A stretch of DNA of 64,000 bases, from assembly GCA_045579665.1 (NCBI GenBank), contig JAZNMO010000128.1:961-64960 (forward strand), read 5' to 3'. The position numbers and the translations under genes were made by a program. Below, in pieces: positions 19,372-29,927 of the stretch. Source of the stretch: Lachnospiraceae bacterium. Lineage in GTDB: Bacteria; Bacillota; Clostridia; Lachnospirales; Lachnospiraceae. Every line of letters starts with the position of its first letter. Positions within the stretch are counted from its first letter, which is position 1. The notes under the pieces were generated by a model. It saw only the letters and a list, made by a program, of their open reading frames with translations, ran no database searches and was not told the origin of the DNA.

Positions 19372-21145
19372 GTCTTACGCTACCTCCTTTAATCGTCTTG
19401 GTAAGAGAATATAACCTACATCCTCCTATACCTTTGAATTTCAGCCTTGCATGGTCACATCTGCGCAAAGATAAAGGTATATTATAGGTTCTCTTCTCTG
19501 TTGATTGTATATTGGTAACAAGCTCCCATATATCACTGGAATCGTACTGAATGAATATCTGTAACTGTGCCTGCTTCTCTATTACAAGCCTTAATGTAAG
19601 AGCTGAGATATACTTTGTGTCTGTGGTATCCATACCGATATCACCTGTCTCACATTCCCACTCCACATACTTCTCCTTTTCATAGATATAATTTTGCCCC
19701 GGGTAAATTTCTCCCGGATATGCATATACATCCTCCGGCATTCCAGGGAACAATGTATTAACCAAAGCATCTGTATTGGTTACGAGAAGCACATTATCCT
19801 TATCCACGCAATACAATGCACCTGATGCATTGGCAAAATACTGCAGCTCTGTGTCATCCTCTGCATGCCACATTCCCTTTATCGTGTCGTATACGAATAC
19901 CTTCCACTCATAATTAGCATTTCGCATGCACACATAATACTTATCCTTGCAATACCCTGCTTTCGCATCAAAGAATACAGATGTACCAAGTTCAGACGAT
20001 ATATTCACTGGAAGCGAACCGTCATAACTGCATATACCGTTCACTGCCTTGTAATACAGAATTTCATTAATCGTTACAAGGCTTTTCTCACTGCCTTCCT
20101 GTACCCCTCGGCAACGTGTCGTCGTAATCGTATAATTGCTTGGCTGTGTACCGTATACTTTGATAATGGCATTCTCCTTGAAGAAAAGAACATATCCTAG
20201 ATGAGATATTGCACCGGTGAACTTACCTTCAATGCCAATTGTAGCCGTATATGAATCTGAAGATATCCCCATGTAACATCTCCAGTTCTTCGGGTCACCC
20301 AGCTTGCATGCATATATCTCATGATTTGCTGATGAACATCCCCATATGCGGTTATCAAGTTCTGTCACATAATCCATGTCAGGCACCACCCTGGTAAGTT
20401 TCACTTTGCTTTCCTGTGTGATTACAGAATTAATCAAGCCTGCTACAATGATGTATCCGTCACCTGCTCCGTATACAATGTTATCTGTGTTAAGGCTTGC
20501 GATGTCGCAACCTTCAATCGTTACCGCATCATATTCCGCAAAGGAATTAATTGCAGAATTAGATATACGGATGTATGTAGAAGCAATCTCAACCCACTGT
20601 GAAGAGCTGGAAGCATATTCTTTCAGCACGTTAGGTGTCGTACTGGTGTCAAGCCACACCGGATGTTCTGTTACATCCTCAGGCTCTGTAGCGCTCACAT
20701 ACGGTTCGTAAGCCGCTCCATTTAACTGACATAGAGTATATGTTGTTTCACCTTCCGTTTGTACAGATACCTCCATGGTATCTAACTCACCTGTATACGT
20801 GTTGTAAATCAACTTATCCGGAAAGATACATAGATAAGCTCCTATGCGCACAAACTGTTTCTCTGTATCTGTCACATCACACACATAGTTACCGTCATAC
20901 CAAAACTCTCCGTTATTAATCCAAGCAAGAGCATCCCCGCCAAATAATCCCTTAGGGTTGCTAAACCGCTGTATGATTCCTCTCTTATCTCTTGGACTGA
21001 GAACCGGATAATAATCACTTGTCATATTCACCATGTCATAGAACTGTTCCTCTCCTATGACAAGGTTGTGATTATATCCGGCAAATACATTCTGCATTGC
21101 TCTTGCAGTTGCATTACTTTTTATTAACGCCTGTATAAGTTTCAT
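19364..21145 (-). CDS. tail tubular/nozzle-like (DNA stabilisation) protein
   Basis: beta-rich 593 aa; NRIWGCS..IYACKLGDP.NW; position after adaptor-like gene. Confidence 0.65.
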   Translation of the reverse strand: MKLIQALIKSNATARAMQNVFAGYNHNLVIGEEQFYDMVNMTSDYYPVLSPRDKRGIIQRFSNPKGLFGGDALAWINNGEFWYDGNYVCDVTDTEKQFVRIGAYLCIFPDKLIYNTYTGELDTMEVSVQTEGETTYTLCQLNGAAYEPYVSATEPEDVTEHPVWLDTSTTPNVLKEYASSSSQWVEIASTYIRISNSAINSFAEYDAVTIEGCDIASLNTDNIVYGAGDGYIIVAGLINSVITQESKVKLTRVVPDMDYVTELDNRIWGCSSANHEIYACKLGDPKNWRCYMGISSDSYTATIGIEGKFTGAISHLGYVLFFKENAIIKVYGTQPSNYTITTTRCRGVQEGSEKSLVTINEILYYKAVNGICSYDGSLPVNISSELGTSVFFDAKAGYCKDKYYVCMRNANYEWKVFVYDTIKGMWHAEDDTELQYFANASGALYCVDKDNVLLVTNTDALVNTLFPGMPEDVYAYPGEIYPGQNYIYEKEKYVEWECETGDIGMDTTDTKYISALTLRLVIEKQAQLQIFIQYDSSDIWELVTNIQSTEKRTYNIPLSLRRCDHARLKFKGIGGCRLYSLTKTIKGGSVRHD

Positions 21146-21153
21146 CTCATCAC

Positions 21154-21528
21154 CTACATATAATTCTTAATGCGTACCTGTTTATGTTTGTGATTTCTTC
21201 CGTAATATGCCATATACTCCTTGTAGCTCTGGTTAAACTGCTCTGACATATTGTTATAAGCGGTCCATTCTTGTTGGATGAAATCAATCTTGCTCATTAG
21301 ATATTCTGAATACAGTCTTGCATATGGCTCCTCTGCTATCAGTTCCGTGCTGTACGGTGTATCTATGCTTATGTTTGGTTTCTTATAAGTCTCATTGTTT
21401 TCATGCGTAAGTATAATTTCTTTATATATGGTCAATTCCACATCCTGAAGCCATCCTAGCTTAATACCTTCATCAATCGTATTAGGCTTTAACTCGTCTA
21501 CTGTAGACATTACCTGTTGTATATTCAT
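21154..21528 (-). CDS. head-tail adaptor-like protein
   Basis: VDELKPN..KLGWL..PY..LY.EYL..KIDF motif; synteny. Confidence 0.55.
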   Translation of the reverse strand: MNIQQVMSTVDELKPNTIDEGIKLGWLQDVELTIYKEIILTHENNETYKKPNISIDTPYSTELIAEEPYARLYSEYLMSKIDFIQQEWTAYNNMSEQFNQSYKEYMAYYGRNHKHKQVRIKNYM

Positions 21529-21587
21529 AGTGCCTCCTACAAAAAGAAGGAAAGAACGGAACATACCGCCTTCCCTTCTTACAACTA

Positions 21588-21992
21588 CTAATTTAATTGC
21601 TTAGATTTCTCAGATGTTTCTGTAACCAGCTGTTCAATCATCATAGCTGTTCTTGTATCCTGGCTCTCAGAATGTTCTATAATCTCAGCCACCGACTGTG
21701 GTACATCTACATATACACCTCTCTGAATCTGATAAACCTTACCGTTGATTCCACAAATGAAATCATCTTTATAATCTTTATCATCTTTAAAGAGCTTAAT
21801 TCTCACTCTAGGTTCTTCTTCGATAGCCTGAGCTGTAGACTTTGCCACATCCGATACCCGTTTATCTATCTCTTGTTTTAGTACTGCATTTTCCTGCTTG
21901 GAAGCGGCAAGTGCCGCCTCCAATGCTGCAATCTGCTTCTGTGATTCATCAGCCACAGGTGCAGTTGTTTCTACTGCTTCATTCTTAGCCAT
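21588..21992 (-). CDS. phage hypothetical protein after capsid gene
   Basis: INGKVYQIQRGVYVDVP.SVAEII motif; good RBS. Confidence 0.7.
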   Translation of the reverse strand: MAKNEAVETTAPVADESQKQIAALEAALAASKQENAVLKQEIDKRVSDVAKSTAQAIEEEPRVRIKLFKDDKDYKDDFICGINGKVYQIQRGVYVDVPQSVAEIIEHSESQDTRTAMMIEQLVTETSEKSKQLN

Positions 21993-22013
21993 ATGTTAAT
22001 CCTCCTATATGCC

Positions 22014-23033
22014 CTAATTAGCCTCAGCTACTTCTGAGTACTTCTCAGAACATGACTCAATACGTACCATGTACTGTTCTACAAGTCTCTTAGCAACCTT
22101 TGTAGCCTTCCAGCCAACTGTAGCTCTCTGATTCAATGGGTCATCACCTGAACCAAGCTGCTTAATGATATGCTGTAATCCACCGCCTTCAAGCTCTGTG
22201 GTTGCATATGCATGCGCACCTAACACAAGAGTGCTGAATACTGCAAGTCCAGTAGGACATGTTGAATCCTTCCAAATCTTCGCTTCTGTTGAATCTACAA
22301 AACGAACCTTACCAATCTTTCCAAGCTCTCCCTCAAAAAGGTTCTCCGGCTTTGCATACTTATGCGCTTCAATCCACTCCTCATGACGCATTAAGTCATA
22401 TGCTACATATGGGTGGATAATCGCTACATAACCACCTTCAAGATATGGTGCATTCTGTGCCTTAAGTACTGTAGCTGCCTGATAAATCAAATCTGGTGTA
22501 AGCTTTGCTGTCTTGTCAAGAGCAGCTCTTGAAGTAACCACAGTCTCTGTACCGCCACTTACCTTAGGTGCGTAGATAACATTTGTACCGCCTGCGAGGA
22601 CCTCTCTCGTAATGGTATCCAATGTCATACCTGACTGACTTCCCTGAAGCTTGCTGGCCTGTACAATATTGTTATCAATCGCTGTCATCTTCAAGATATC
22701 TGAGATTGTTACATAATCACCATACTGTGCCACCTCAGCTGTAATTACACCCATATTGAGTTTATTACCCTTAGGTGTTACTCCTTCCTGTAATGGTGTT
22801 GTTGCCTTAGGTAATGAATCGTACTTTCTAAATTCGATTACCTTACCCTTTCCCTGAGGGATAGGATACTTGTCTGCGAACTGGTCATGTACCAGATGTG
22901 GCTGGGCCTCATCAATCAAAGTAGCGTTATAAAATGTTTTCATTTCTCCGCTGAGTCCGGCGTCTGTAGTGACGTTTGTGTTTGGCTCAGCAAAGAACTG
23001 TAAGTTTAACTTAAGTAAATCTTTCTTCTTCAT
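22014..23033 (-). CDS. major capsid protein (N4-gp56-like family)
   Basis: IEFRKY..L.EGVTP, GELGKIG.VRFV, DPLNQRATVGWK; N-terminal LNLQFFA. Confidence 0.9.
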   Translation of the reverse strand: MKKKDLLKLNLQFFAEPNTNVTTDAGLSGEMKTFYNATLIDEAQPHLVHDQFADKYPIPQGKGKVIEFRKYDSLPKATTPLQEGVTPKGNKLNMGVITAEVAQYGDYVTISDILKMTAIDNNIVQASKLQGSQSGMTLDTITREVLAGGTNVIYAPKVSGGTETVVTSRAALDKTAKLTPDLIYQAATVLKAQNAPYLEGGYVAIIHPYVAYDLMRHEEWIEAHKYAKPENLFEGELGKIGKVRFVDSTEAKIWKDSTCPTGLAVFSTLVLGAHAYATTELEGGGLQHIIKQLGSGDDPLNQRATVGWKATKVAKRLVEQYMVRIESCSEKYSEVAEAN

Positions 23034-23044
23034 CGTGCGTCTCC

Positions 23045-23977
23045 TTAGAATGAAATCTGTTCCCCACGCTGCACTCTTCTAATGATTTCCTGTCTGTCCT
23101 GCTTAGTAAGCTTGCTCACGTCGGTCTTTGTTATAATGCCTGTGTTGTTAGTGGCTGCACCATTCTCCGGTGGACGCTGTGCTCTGGTCTGAATGTTCTG
23201 CGATACCTGCTGAGCCACCTTCTGAGCCGTGTACTGCATTGCACCACTCATAATCTCATCAAGGTGTATCGTCTCATAGGCTGTCTTAACCGGGATTCCT
23301 CGCATAATCAAATCTCTAAAATCCTTGTTCTGTGTTTCTGTCTGGAAATCAAAATTAGGATATGTACTTTTAAGCTCCTCACCCTGTCGGTGCCATTCTT
23401 CCATGCTCTGACGAATCTGGTCATCTTTTAAACGTTCCTGCATCTGCTGTCTAAGCTTGATATTCTCAGCCTCCATCTTTTTGGATGCTTTGAGCTGTTC
23501 TACATCCATTCCCCTTGCAGCTGCTTCCTGCTCATAGTAAGTGTTATCCGCTTCTATGGCTTTCATCAGTGCCTGTGGGTCTTTTGCATCAATGCCATAC
23601 TTAGATGCAAGCATATCCAGAACCGGATTCATTGCGTCCATCTGCTGTCTTAGTGCTTCTTCTGCCTGCTTCTGCTGTTTGAATCGCTCATTAAAGGCTT
23701 TCTGGAATGTTTTCTGGTAATCATCCTTGTAATCACCTTTAATCAATTCCTCAAACGGTATTCTTTCAGAAGCATTGTTTTCAGCCGGAGCGTCAGGCTG
23801 ATTCTCTGTCTGCTTACCGTATCTTACATTTGATAAGTCATTCTTCGCTCTAGTGTTAGCAGCGGCGGCCTGCTGTGTACCTTCGCCCGTTCCTTCTGCT
23901 GCGGTTGCTGCTGTTCCTGCGCCGGCTGCACCAGCTCCACCTTCAGCAAAATACTGTAATTGTAATCTGTAATCCAT
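23045..23977 (-). CDS. capsid scaffolding protein
   Basis: helical protein between protease and capsid genes; N-terminal LQLQYFA; GGAGG SD before MDYRL. Confidence 0.75.
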   Translation of the reverse strand: MDYRLQLQYFAEGGAGAAGAGTAATAAEGTGEGTQQAAAANTRAKNDLSNVRYGKQTENQPDAPAENNASERIPFEELIKGDYKDDYQKTFQKAFNERFKQQKQAEEALRQQMDAMNPVLDMLASKYGIDAKDPQALMKAIEADNTYYEQEAAARGMDVEQLKASKKMEAENIKLRQQMQERLKDDQIRQSMEEWHRQGEELKSTYPNFDFQTETQNKDFRDLIMRGIPVKTAYETIHLDEIMSGAMQYTAQKVAQQVSQNIQTRAQRPPENGAATNNTGIITKTDVSKLTKQDRQEIIRRVQRGEQISF

Positions 23978-24086
23978 GATATCCTCCATCGTCTGTCCGA
24001 AGTGTCCTGCTTCCTCTTCTCCTCAGTGAGGGCATACAAGACAAGCTCGGATGCCCCCGAAAAAGAATAAGGAGGATTGCAATCTT

Positions 24087-24141
24087 ATTGTTGCATATCC
24101 TCCAAAAAAATTACTCCCCTCTTTGGCCAAAATCTATGTTA
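24087..24141 (-). promoter_or_regulatory. conserved phage promoter box, copy 2
   Basis: TAACATAGATTTTGGCCAAAGAGGGGAGTAA-N18-AACAAT upstream of scaffold/capsid. Confidence 0.7.
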
Positions 24142-24444
24142 GCTCATAACAGACACATATTCAGGATAGCTGTCAGCCATCATTGAAACCCCTGTATTTA
24201 TCACATTTAGAGCCTCTTCCAGTTCATTACCATATCGTTTAGTAAAAGATAAAAAGATGTATCCATCATCTTGTAAACAATAATAATCAAGCACATCGTT
24301 ATCACGTAATACCTGCATTAACGTAAAAGTCAGAGTGCTTATACCTGCACACACGATATCCTGTCCCGCCTGTGCGTATCCGCTATGGCCTTTGACCTCT
24401 AAAGCATATCCCTCCGATGTATCTTTGATGCTAATAACTGTCAT
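24139..24444 (-). CDS. prp: Prp-family ribosomal-processing cysteine protease (phage-encoded)
   Basis: GHSGYA..GQDIVCAGISTL with catalytic His/Cys; C-terminal YPEYV. Confidence 0.85.
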   Translation of the reverse strand: MTVISIKDTSEGYALEVKGHSGYAQAGQDIVCAGISTLTFTLMQVLRDNDVLDYYCLQDDGYIFLSFTKRYGNELEEALNVINTGVSMMADSYPEYVSVMS

Positions 24445-24581
24445 TTATCTATCTCCAATCCGCATTTGATGCATTTCCTGCGATTTTTGAAAGGCACAAA
24501 ATGATGAAAACAATGCATTTTCTTTTCTTCCGTACTCTCTTCTACTGCATCCTCTGTAACTTCTGTTACTTCTTCACTCAT
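24441..24581 (-). CDS. 46-aa acidic/Zn-ribbon micro-protein
   Basis: GGAGG SD; MSEEVTEV..HCFHHF..KCIKCG; stop overlaps prp start (not in ORF track). Confidence 0.55.
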   Translation of the reverse strand: MSEEVTEVTEDAVEESTEEKKMHCFHHFVPFKNRRKCIKCGLEIDK

Positions 24582-24589
24582 ACATCCTC

Positions 24590-26467
24590 CTATACAGGGC
24601 TTGCTTGATTGTTAGCCACTTCCTTTGTCGTCTCTGCCTGAGACTGTGATTTCTGTTGTACCTTATTAGGCCTGTCTTGCGACGTCGAAAGCATTGCCTG
24701 TCCTGCTGCCTGATTGAGTAGTCTACCCTGTAGCTCCGGGTGGTCCTGCTCTACAATAGCTGATAACTGCATTAGTTGCTGACTCATCATGGCCAATTGC
24801 TGATACATGGTACCGTTATCCTGTACTTTCTGAATAATCTTGTCTTTGGTATCAAAGTCCATCATCTCAAGACACGCAAGCGTCATATCAGCATTCTGCG
24901 GATTAAAAAATCCCATCTGATAGAACTGTAATGCAAGCTCATTCTGACTCATCTTGCTATATGCCGATTTCTTACTCGCCACAACATTGATATCAAACAC
25001 AGGTAATCTTTCCCCCATATTCACGCCAAATGCATTACCCTGCATCTGCGGTTTAATACCGACGTTGCTAAAACTCCTAAACTCCTGCTTCCCCATTTCT
25101 CCTGTTATTCGAAAGCATCTTGGCTCTGTGTAAAACTGTCTGATAAGTTCGATTATCAGATAACACTCCTGCTGAAATGCTCTGTATGCACTCTTCAGCA
25201 TATCTCTCGACAGCTTACTACCTGCTTCCATTAATGCAGAAATGGCACTTGCCGCTGTGACTCCTGACGATGTGCTTCCCTGCGAAAAATCCCTGTTACC
25301 GGATGTCTCTTTTAATTCCTCAATCTTATTGTTGCGTATGGTAACTACCATGCTGTCCATTTGGTTAGGAGTAATCTCGCGCATGCTATCATCGTTCAAG
25401 TTGCCGCTTACATGGATAAATGTATTGTTATAATCCGCAAACTCATCCTCGTTTACGCTACCGTTGTTTTTTACAAACCAACGCTTTTTCGATGCCTGAA
25501 AAGCATATGTAAGGACTGCTTTATCCAGCTTGTCTATGTACATCTGACAATTCTTCATGACATCTATATATCCAAAACCCGCGGGGCTTCCCTCAACCTC
25601 AAACAAGGTATCAAATACAAAAGGATATTTGCCATGGTCATAGAACCCTCTTACCGCATAATTATGGTCATTCTCACTTGCATATATGATATATTCATTC
25701 ACATATTTAACGAAATGAACTACCGTTTTAACCTTTCCCGTATCATCCTTTGTAGTATTCTTATAGTACCAGTCCACCACCATAGACTTATCCGATGTAT
25801 CTATGTTGTCATCATGGATATAATGACTGACATCTGTACCATCATTTCCCTGGATATTTGCTTCCGGATACATCTTATTAAGCAACTCATTGTCTACTAA
25901 TTCCACACAGAAGAAATCTCTTGACTTCTGTATATCCGTTGCTCCGGGTTCCCAGAATACATTTAGGATATCTATCTTCTTAACCGTGATATCCCCTAAA
26001 CCGTTCATCTTGGAACTGTCCCAGAAGATGCCCTTTACTCCGCATCCCTGTTTAAGTTTGTACCACCATACATCTGAGTACACCTGCTCATATTCATTCT
26101 GTTCCAATACCACAGGGAGGATACTTGACAAATCTTTGGCGGCACTCTCGTCGTCAGCACTTCTCGCCAATACACATGGCTCAGGATAGTTATCCATGGC
26201 ATCGGCATGTTTATTAGCAATAGAGTTAAACAGCCATGCTGATGTAGGTTCATTATCACTCTTCTCCTGTCCGTTTCTTATCTCGTCCCAGTGACGCATT
26301 TTCCACCACTGTTCATTTGATACGATTCTCTTCTCCAGATTGGCCTTAGCCTCTCTGTACTTCTGCAAGCGCATATTCGCCTGTTGAATCTCTGCTTTAC
26401 CTATCAGCTTCCTGCTCTCTTCAATGCGCTGCTCTACCAGCTCCTGCATATTCTGTTCTTCTCCCAT
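24590..26467 (-). CDS. portal protein (P22-like)
   Basis: 625 aa directly after TerL; SGNRDFSQG..SGVTAASAI..L.EAG motif. Confidence 0.85.
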   Translation of the reverse strand: MGEEQNMQELVEQRIEESRKLIGKAEIQQANMRLQKYREAKANLEKRIVSNEQWWKMRHWDEIRNGQEKSDNEPTSAWLFNSIANKHADAMDNYPEPCVLARSADDESAAKDLSSILPVVLEQNEYEQVYSDVWWYKLKQGCGVKGIFWDSSKMNGLGDITVKKIDILNVFWEPGATDIQKSRDFFCVELVDNELLNKMYPEANIQGNDGTDVSHYIHDDNIDTSDKSMVVDWYYKNTTKDDTGKVKTVVHFVKYVNEYIIYASENDHNYAVRGFYDHGKYPFVFDTLFEVEGSPAGFGYIDVMKNCQMYIDKLDKAVLTYAFQASKKRWFVKNNGSVNEDEFADYNNTFIHVSGNLNDDSMREITPNQMDSMVVTIRNNKIEELKETSGNRDFSQGSTSSGVTAASAISALMEAGSKLSRDMLKSAYRAFQQECYLIIELIRQFYTEPRCFRITGEMGKQEFRSFSNVGIKPQMQGNAFGVNMGERLPVFDINVVASKKSAYSKMSQNELALQFYQMGFFNPQNADMTLACLEMMDFDTKDKIIQKVQDNGTMYQQLAMMSQQLMQLSAIVEQDHPELQGRLLNQAAGQAMLSTSQDRPNKVQQKSQSQAETTKEVANNQASPV

Positions 26468-26475
26468 ATAGCCTC

Positions 26476-27927
26476 CTATACATTAAAGAATTTGTAATTA
26501 CCCTTGCTGTCGTATAAATCCAGTGGGTCATCATATACCTTTTTCTTTGCTTCATTCTTCCTTGGTGCAATCGGATTCTCCATCAATACATAACGACATT
26601 CATCATAGATATGGTCTTCTCCATCTGTATTAATGTCCTCAACGTCCTTTTCATCATAGACAAGGTTAGGTATTGTGCGTATGAAATGTTTACATGTATT
26701 GAATACTTGGAACATAGGAACTCCTTCAGCATCAAACGCAAGCCTATAGTGATACTGCATCTTTCCCGGTATTCTTGCGTGGTCTCCCTTCTCCCACCAA
26801 ATAAAATTAGGGCTCTTTTCCATCATAGCTGCAATTGACTCTCCGCCATTTTCTTGGAAAATAGCCGGGTCTGCTATACCGGTAATTGTCCTTCCCTTAA
26901 GGTTTAAGTCTTCATTCTCAATACGTTTTATCTCTGCCGCCACTTCTGCCGGTTGCATCATAACGCCAACGTTAGGCTCTCCGGTGCATCCATAGTATTC
27001 CCTTATACGGAATATCTTTCCCTCTGTATCTACAGCATACCAGCCTACCGAAAAAGGTCTCTTATATCCCCAGTCAAAACCTCTATATATCGTCCAGTGT
27101 GCCGGTATTCTGAATGGTTCAATAACATGAGTCCAACGTCTATCCATATAATGTTCAGGTTCATCCTTCCACTCAGCAAATACCTGTCCTTCAAAGGAAT
27201 TCCAATCTCCGTAAAGTTGTGCTTTTCTCTGTGCTTCCGGCATCATCGCCAAAGATGCAAGATAGTCTTCGTTACTATTCAATAATTCTTGGTTATCAAA
27301 TACAGTAGCCGGTACAAATATTCTTTTTCGTTGTTTCTTAATCTTCGTACCATCGGGAGCCAAAATCTCTACTTCTTCAACTATCGGTGTCATTGGTGGT
27401 GCCGCTGTAATAAATCTAGCTTTTACCCATCCATGCCCGATACCTCCGGGATTGGTTGTTGCTCTGAAATATACTCTCGTGCCCGGTCCAGAAGCTCTGT
27501 TTCGCGAGAACATATACGAATACTCTTCGTATGTAAAATGTGTAAGCTCATCAAAGCCTACAAAATCAAAAGCTTTTCCATGATATTTCGTTTTGTAGTC
27601 ACTTGACTGCATATTTCCAAAATATAACTTTGCACCGCTGGGAAAATACCAGCAGTGCTCTGTCTTGTTATATCTTGCTGTAGGAAATGCTCTTGGATAA
27701 TATTTCAAACTCTTATCTATCAGCTCTGTAAGCTGTTGATACGTCTTACGAAATATAATCCCCTTGTAATGAGGAATATGTACCTGCCTAAGAGCTTCAA
27801 TGATTAAGGCTTCTGACTTGCCACCACCAGCCGCACCGCCATAAAGAACCTCGTACTCCGGACGTTCCATGAATGCAACCTGTCTTGGCTGAGGTTTCCA
27901 TACAATATTAGGCATTATCCATTCCAC
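26476..27927 (-). CDS. terminase large subunit
   Basis: Walker A YGGAAGGGKS, Walker B VGFDELTH, TTNPGG, RNase H-like DWGY and EDHIYDECRY. Confidence 0.95.
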   Translation of the reverse strand: MEWIMPNIVWKPQPRQVAFMERPEYEVLYGGAAGGGKSEALIIEALRQVHIPHYKGIIFRKTYQQLTELIDKSLKYYPRAFPTARYNKTEHCWYFPSGAKLYFGNMQSSDYKTKYHGKAFDFVGFDELTHFTYEEYSYMFSRNRASGPGTRVYFRATTNPGGIGHGWVKARFITAAPPMTPIVEEVEILAPDGTKIKKQRKRIFVPATVFDNQELLNSNEDYLASLAMMPEAQRKAQLYGDWNSFEGQVFAEWKDEPEHYMDRRWTHVIEPFRIPAHWTIYRGFDWGYKRPFSVGWYAVDTEGKIFRIREYYGCTGEPNVGVMMQPAEVAAEIKRIENEDLNLKGRTITGIADPAIFQENGGESIAAMMEKSPNFIWWEKGDHARIPGKMQYHYRLAFDAEGVPMFQVFNTCKHFIRTIPNLVYDEKDVEDINTDGEDHIYDECRYVLMENPIAPRKNEAKKKVYDDPLDLYDSKGNYKFFNV

Positions 27928-28310
27928 CTCTTCTTTGTCTCTCTAACATCTACATGAACAAAAGTCTTGTATGTACCAATACCACCTTTGTCCGGCATTA
28001 ATGTATTAACATATGCCGCAACCTCTTTCGGTTCTATCCCTGCCACCTTAATATCTGCCGCAAGGCCATAGAGATGCTGGGAATATGTTTCTCCCCCTAC
28101 TTCCTTGTTATGGCCCGGTGTACGGTATGCGCTGTTAATTGTTACCTTTTTTCCAAAGTGTGTGCGGATGCTCTGCAACACTTCCACCAATTCTGGTGCT
28201 ATAAAGACAACATCACTGTTGTCCTTGCAGGCAAATTCCTTCACCCTAAAATTCTTTGCAATCTTCTTATTGCCCTGCTTCGCTCTTGAATATGCATTTA
28301 TATTAATCAT
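27915..28310 (-). CDS. peptidase M15A-like Zn peptidase
   Basis: NFRVKEFACKD, INSAYRTPGHN, SQHLYGLAADI, FVHVDVR. Confidence 0.85.
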   Translation of the reverse strand: MININAYSRAKQGNKKIAKNFRVKEFACKDNSDVVFIAPELVEVLQSIRTHFGKKVTINSAYRTPGHNKEVGGETYSQHLYGLAADIKVAGIEPKEVAAYVNTLMPDKGGIGTYKTFVHVDVRETKKRWNG

Positions 28311-28369
28311 GTTTTATCCTCCGTATTATACCGTGTCTTGCTCCACATAATATGAATTTAGTTAAGTAA

Positions 28370-28582
28370 CTACTCAGCCCCTGCCTCGGTCTCAGTCTCC
28401 TCGGTTACTTCTTCCTCTACTGTGTACTGAGCCTCGATTAACATTTCAATCTCTACCATATCTTCCTCAGTCAGTACCTCTTTCTCGAACCAACCTAAAG
28501 CATACTTTCTAACCTTATAGTCCGGTTCTTCCCCAACCATTCCTTTGATTGTTTTCATTACAAAATCTCTTAAACTAAACAT
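28370..28582 (-). CDS. small phage protein (possible fibre chaperone)
   Basis: 70 aa following the fibre-like gene; RBS present. Confidence 0.55.
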   Translation of the reverse strand: MFSLRDFVMKTIKGMVGEEPDYKVRKYALGWFEKEVLTEEDMVEIEMLIEAQYTVEEEVTEETETEAGAE

Positions 28583-28594
28583 CCTTGTACCTCT

Positions 28595-29914
28595 CTATTC
28601 TGCTAATGCTACAATTGCCTTTGACAGTTCATCAAACTTGTTATCAATGTATGTCTTGGTGTCGGCAATGTATTTCACCGTCATTTCTGCTACTTCACTG
28701 TTTAATACAGTAGTAATTGGCTTGTTGCTATACAATGCCTTGTATGCTTCAATCTGTGTATCCGTTAGCGGTGTTTCAATTGGTGTTGCTAAGGGATATA
28801 TAATATCAACCCCATTTACTTCTGCAAGCCAATTATTGAAATCTTCCACACCCTCACACGTTTTATACAATCGGATTTCATTAGCGTATGCAAACGCAAC
28901 ACCATCAGCCTTAATTGCTGCATTAAATAAAAATCTGTCAGCTAAGATTTTTACTCGACTTCCTGTTTGTAGAACGTCACTAACTGCTATGCCGCCGAAT
29001 TGCTCATTTGTATTAAAATTAGTTATTTCCGTTAGCTTTATTTTCTTTACATTCTGCACATATACCCCACGCTCGAAGTTGATTTCGTCACAAATCCACT
29101 GTTGACCGTCTGCATCTGTGTGATTTCCACCACTGTCAACAGGTATACCGTTTAGGGATGGAAGTGTGACCGTCATTGATTGTTTTATGCCTTGTTCCCA
29201 AGCGCCTTCTGAAAGCATGATATAAGGCTTGATTGTGGCATTAGTAAATGTTACACCTACTTGTTGTGTAATCTGCACATACGCTTCAACCTTTGTAGTT
29301 TCTTGCAATTCTAGTGGGCTGCTTAAATATGTATAAGTTCCATCAGCATTTAGCGCTCTTACTATTAAAGTGATATTATTTTCTCTCACTATTCTTTGAT
29401 ATGTGCCTTTTGGTAATGTTAAATACGCTTTTTCAAGCATTACTGCATAATCTGCGGTTGGTGTCCCGTTTACTGTAATAACTCCATCTTTGCAAGCAAA
29501 TGTGATACCGTTGTTATATGTTTCGCAATCTTCCATTACAAATAAATTTCGACCATATACACCTATTTCCGTTTCCCCTGCAATCTCTGTCACAATCTCC
29601 ACAGGCGCATCTACACTTGGCGTACCATCCTGTGTAGTACGCCCATATATTGAGAGTCCTTGTATTTTTTTATCACTTGCATCATCGACATAGATAGCCT
29701 GACCGCTTACTGTATTGACAATCGCACCAGATACACTGTTATCCTTAGTTAAATAGTCATTTATCTTAGAACCTACATTGTCATCTGTTACCAGATTTGT
29801 TGCCCCATTAATATACTTCTGTACCGCTGTGCCTGCCAAATCTGTTAGATTACTTGCTCCTGCTACAAGCTCTTTCGCATAGGCCTGCGCAGCTCCTAAT
29901 GTTGCTACATCCAT
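28595..29914 (-). CDS. fibre/receptor-binding-like virion protein
   Basis: IYGRTTQDGTPS.DAPVEI, GRNLF, WICDEINFERGVYVQ, YPLATPIETPL motifs; resembles C-terminus of 7472-8788. Confidence 0.6.
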   Translation of the reverse strand: MDVATLGAAQAYAKELVAGASNLTDLAGTAVQKYINGATNLVTDDNVGSKINDYLTKDNSVSGAIVNTVSGQAIYVDDASDKKIQGLSIYGRTTQDGTPSVDAPVEIVTEIAGETEIGVYGRNLFVMEDCETYNNGITFACKDGVITVNGTPTADYAVMLEKAYLTLPKGTYQRIVRENNITLIVRALNADGTYTYLSSPLELQETTKVEAYVQITQQVGVTFTNATIKPYIMLSEGAWEQGIKQSMTVTLPSLNGIPVDSGGNHTDADGQQWICDEINFERGVYVQNVKKIKLTEITNFNTNEQFGGIAVSDVLQTGSRVKILADRFLFNAAIKADGVAFAYANEIRLYKTCEGVEDFNNWLAEVNGVDIIYPLATPIETPLTDTQIEAYKALYSNKPITTVLNSEVAEMTVKYIADTKTYIDNKFDELSKAIVALAE

Positions 29915-29927
29915 GTACTACACCTCC

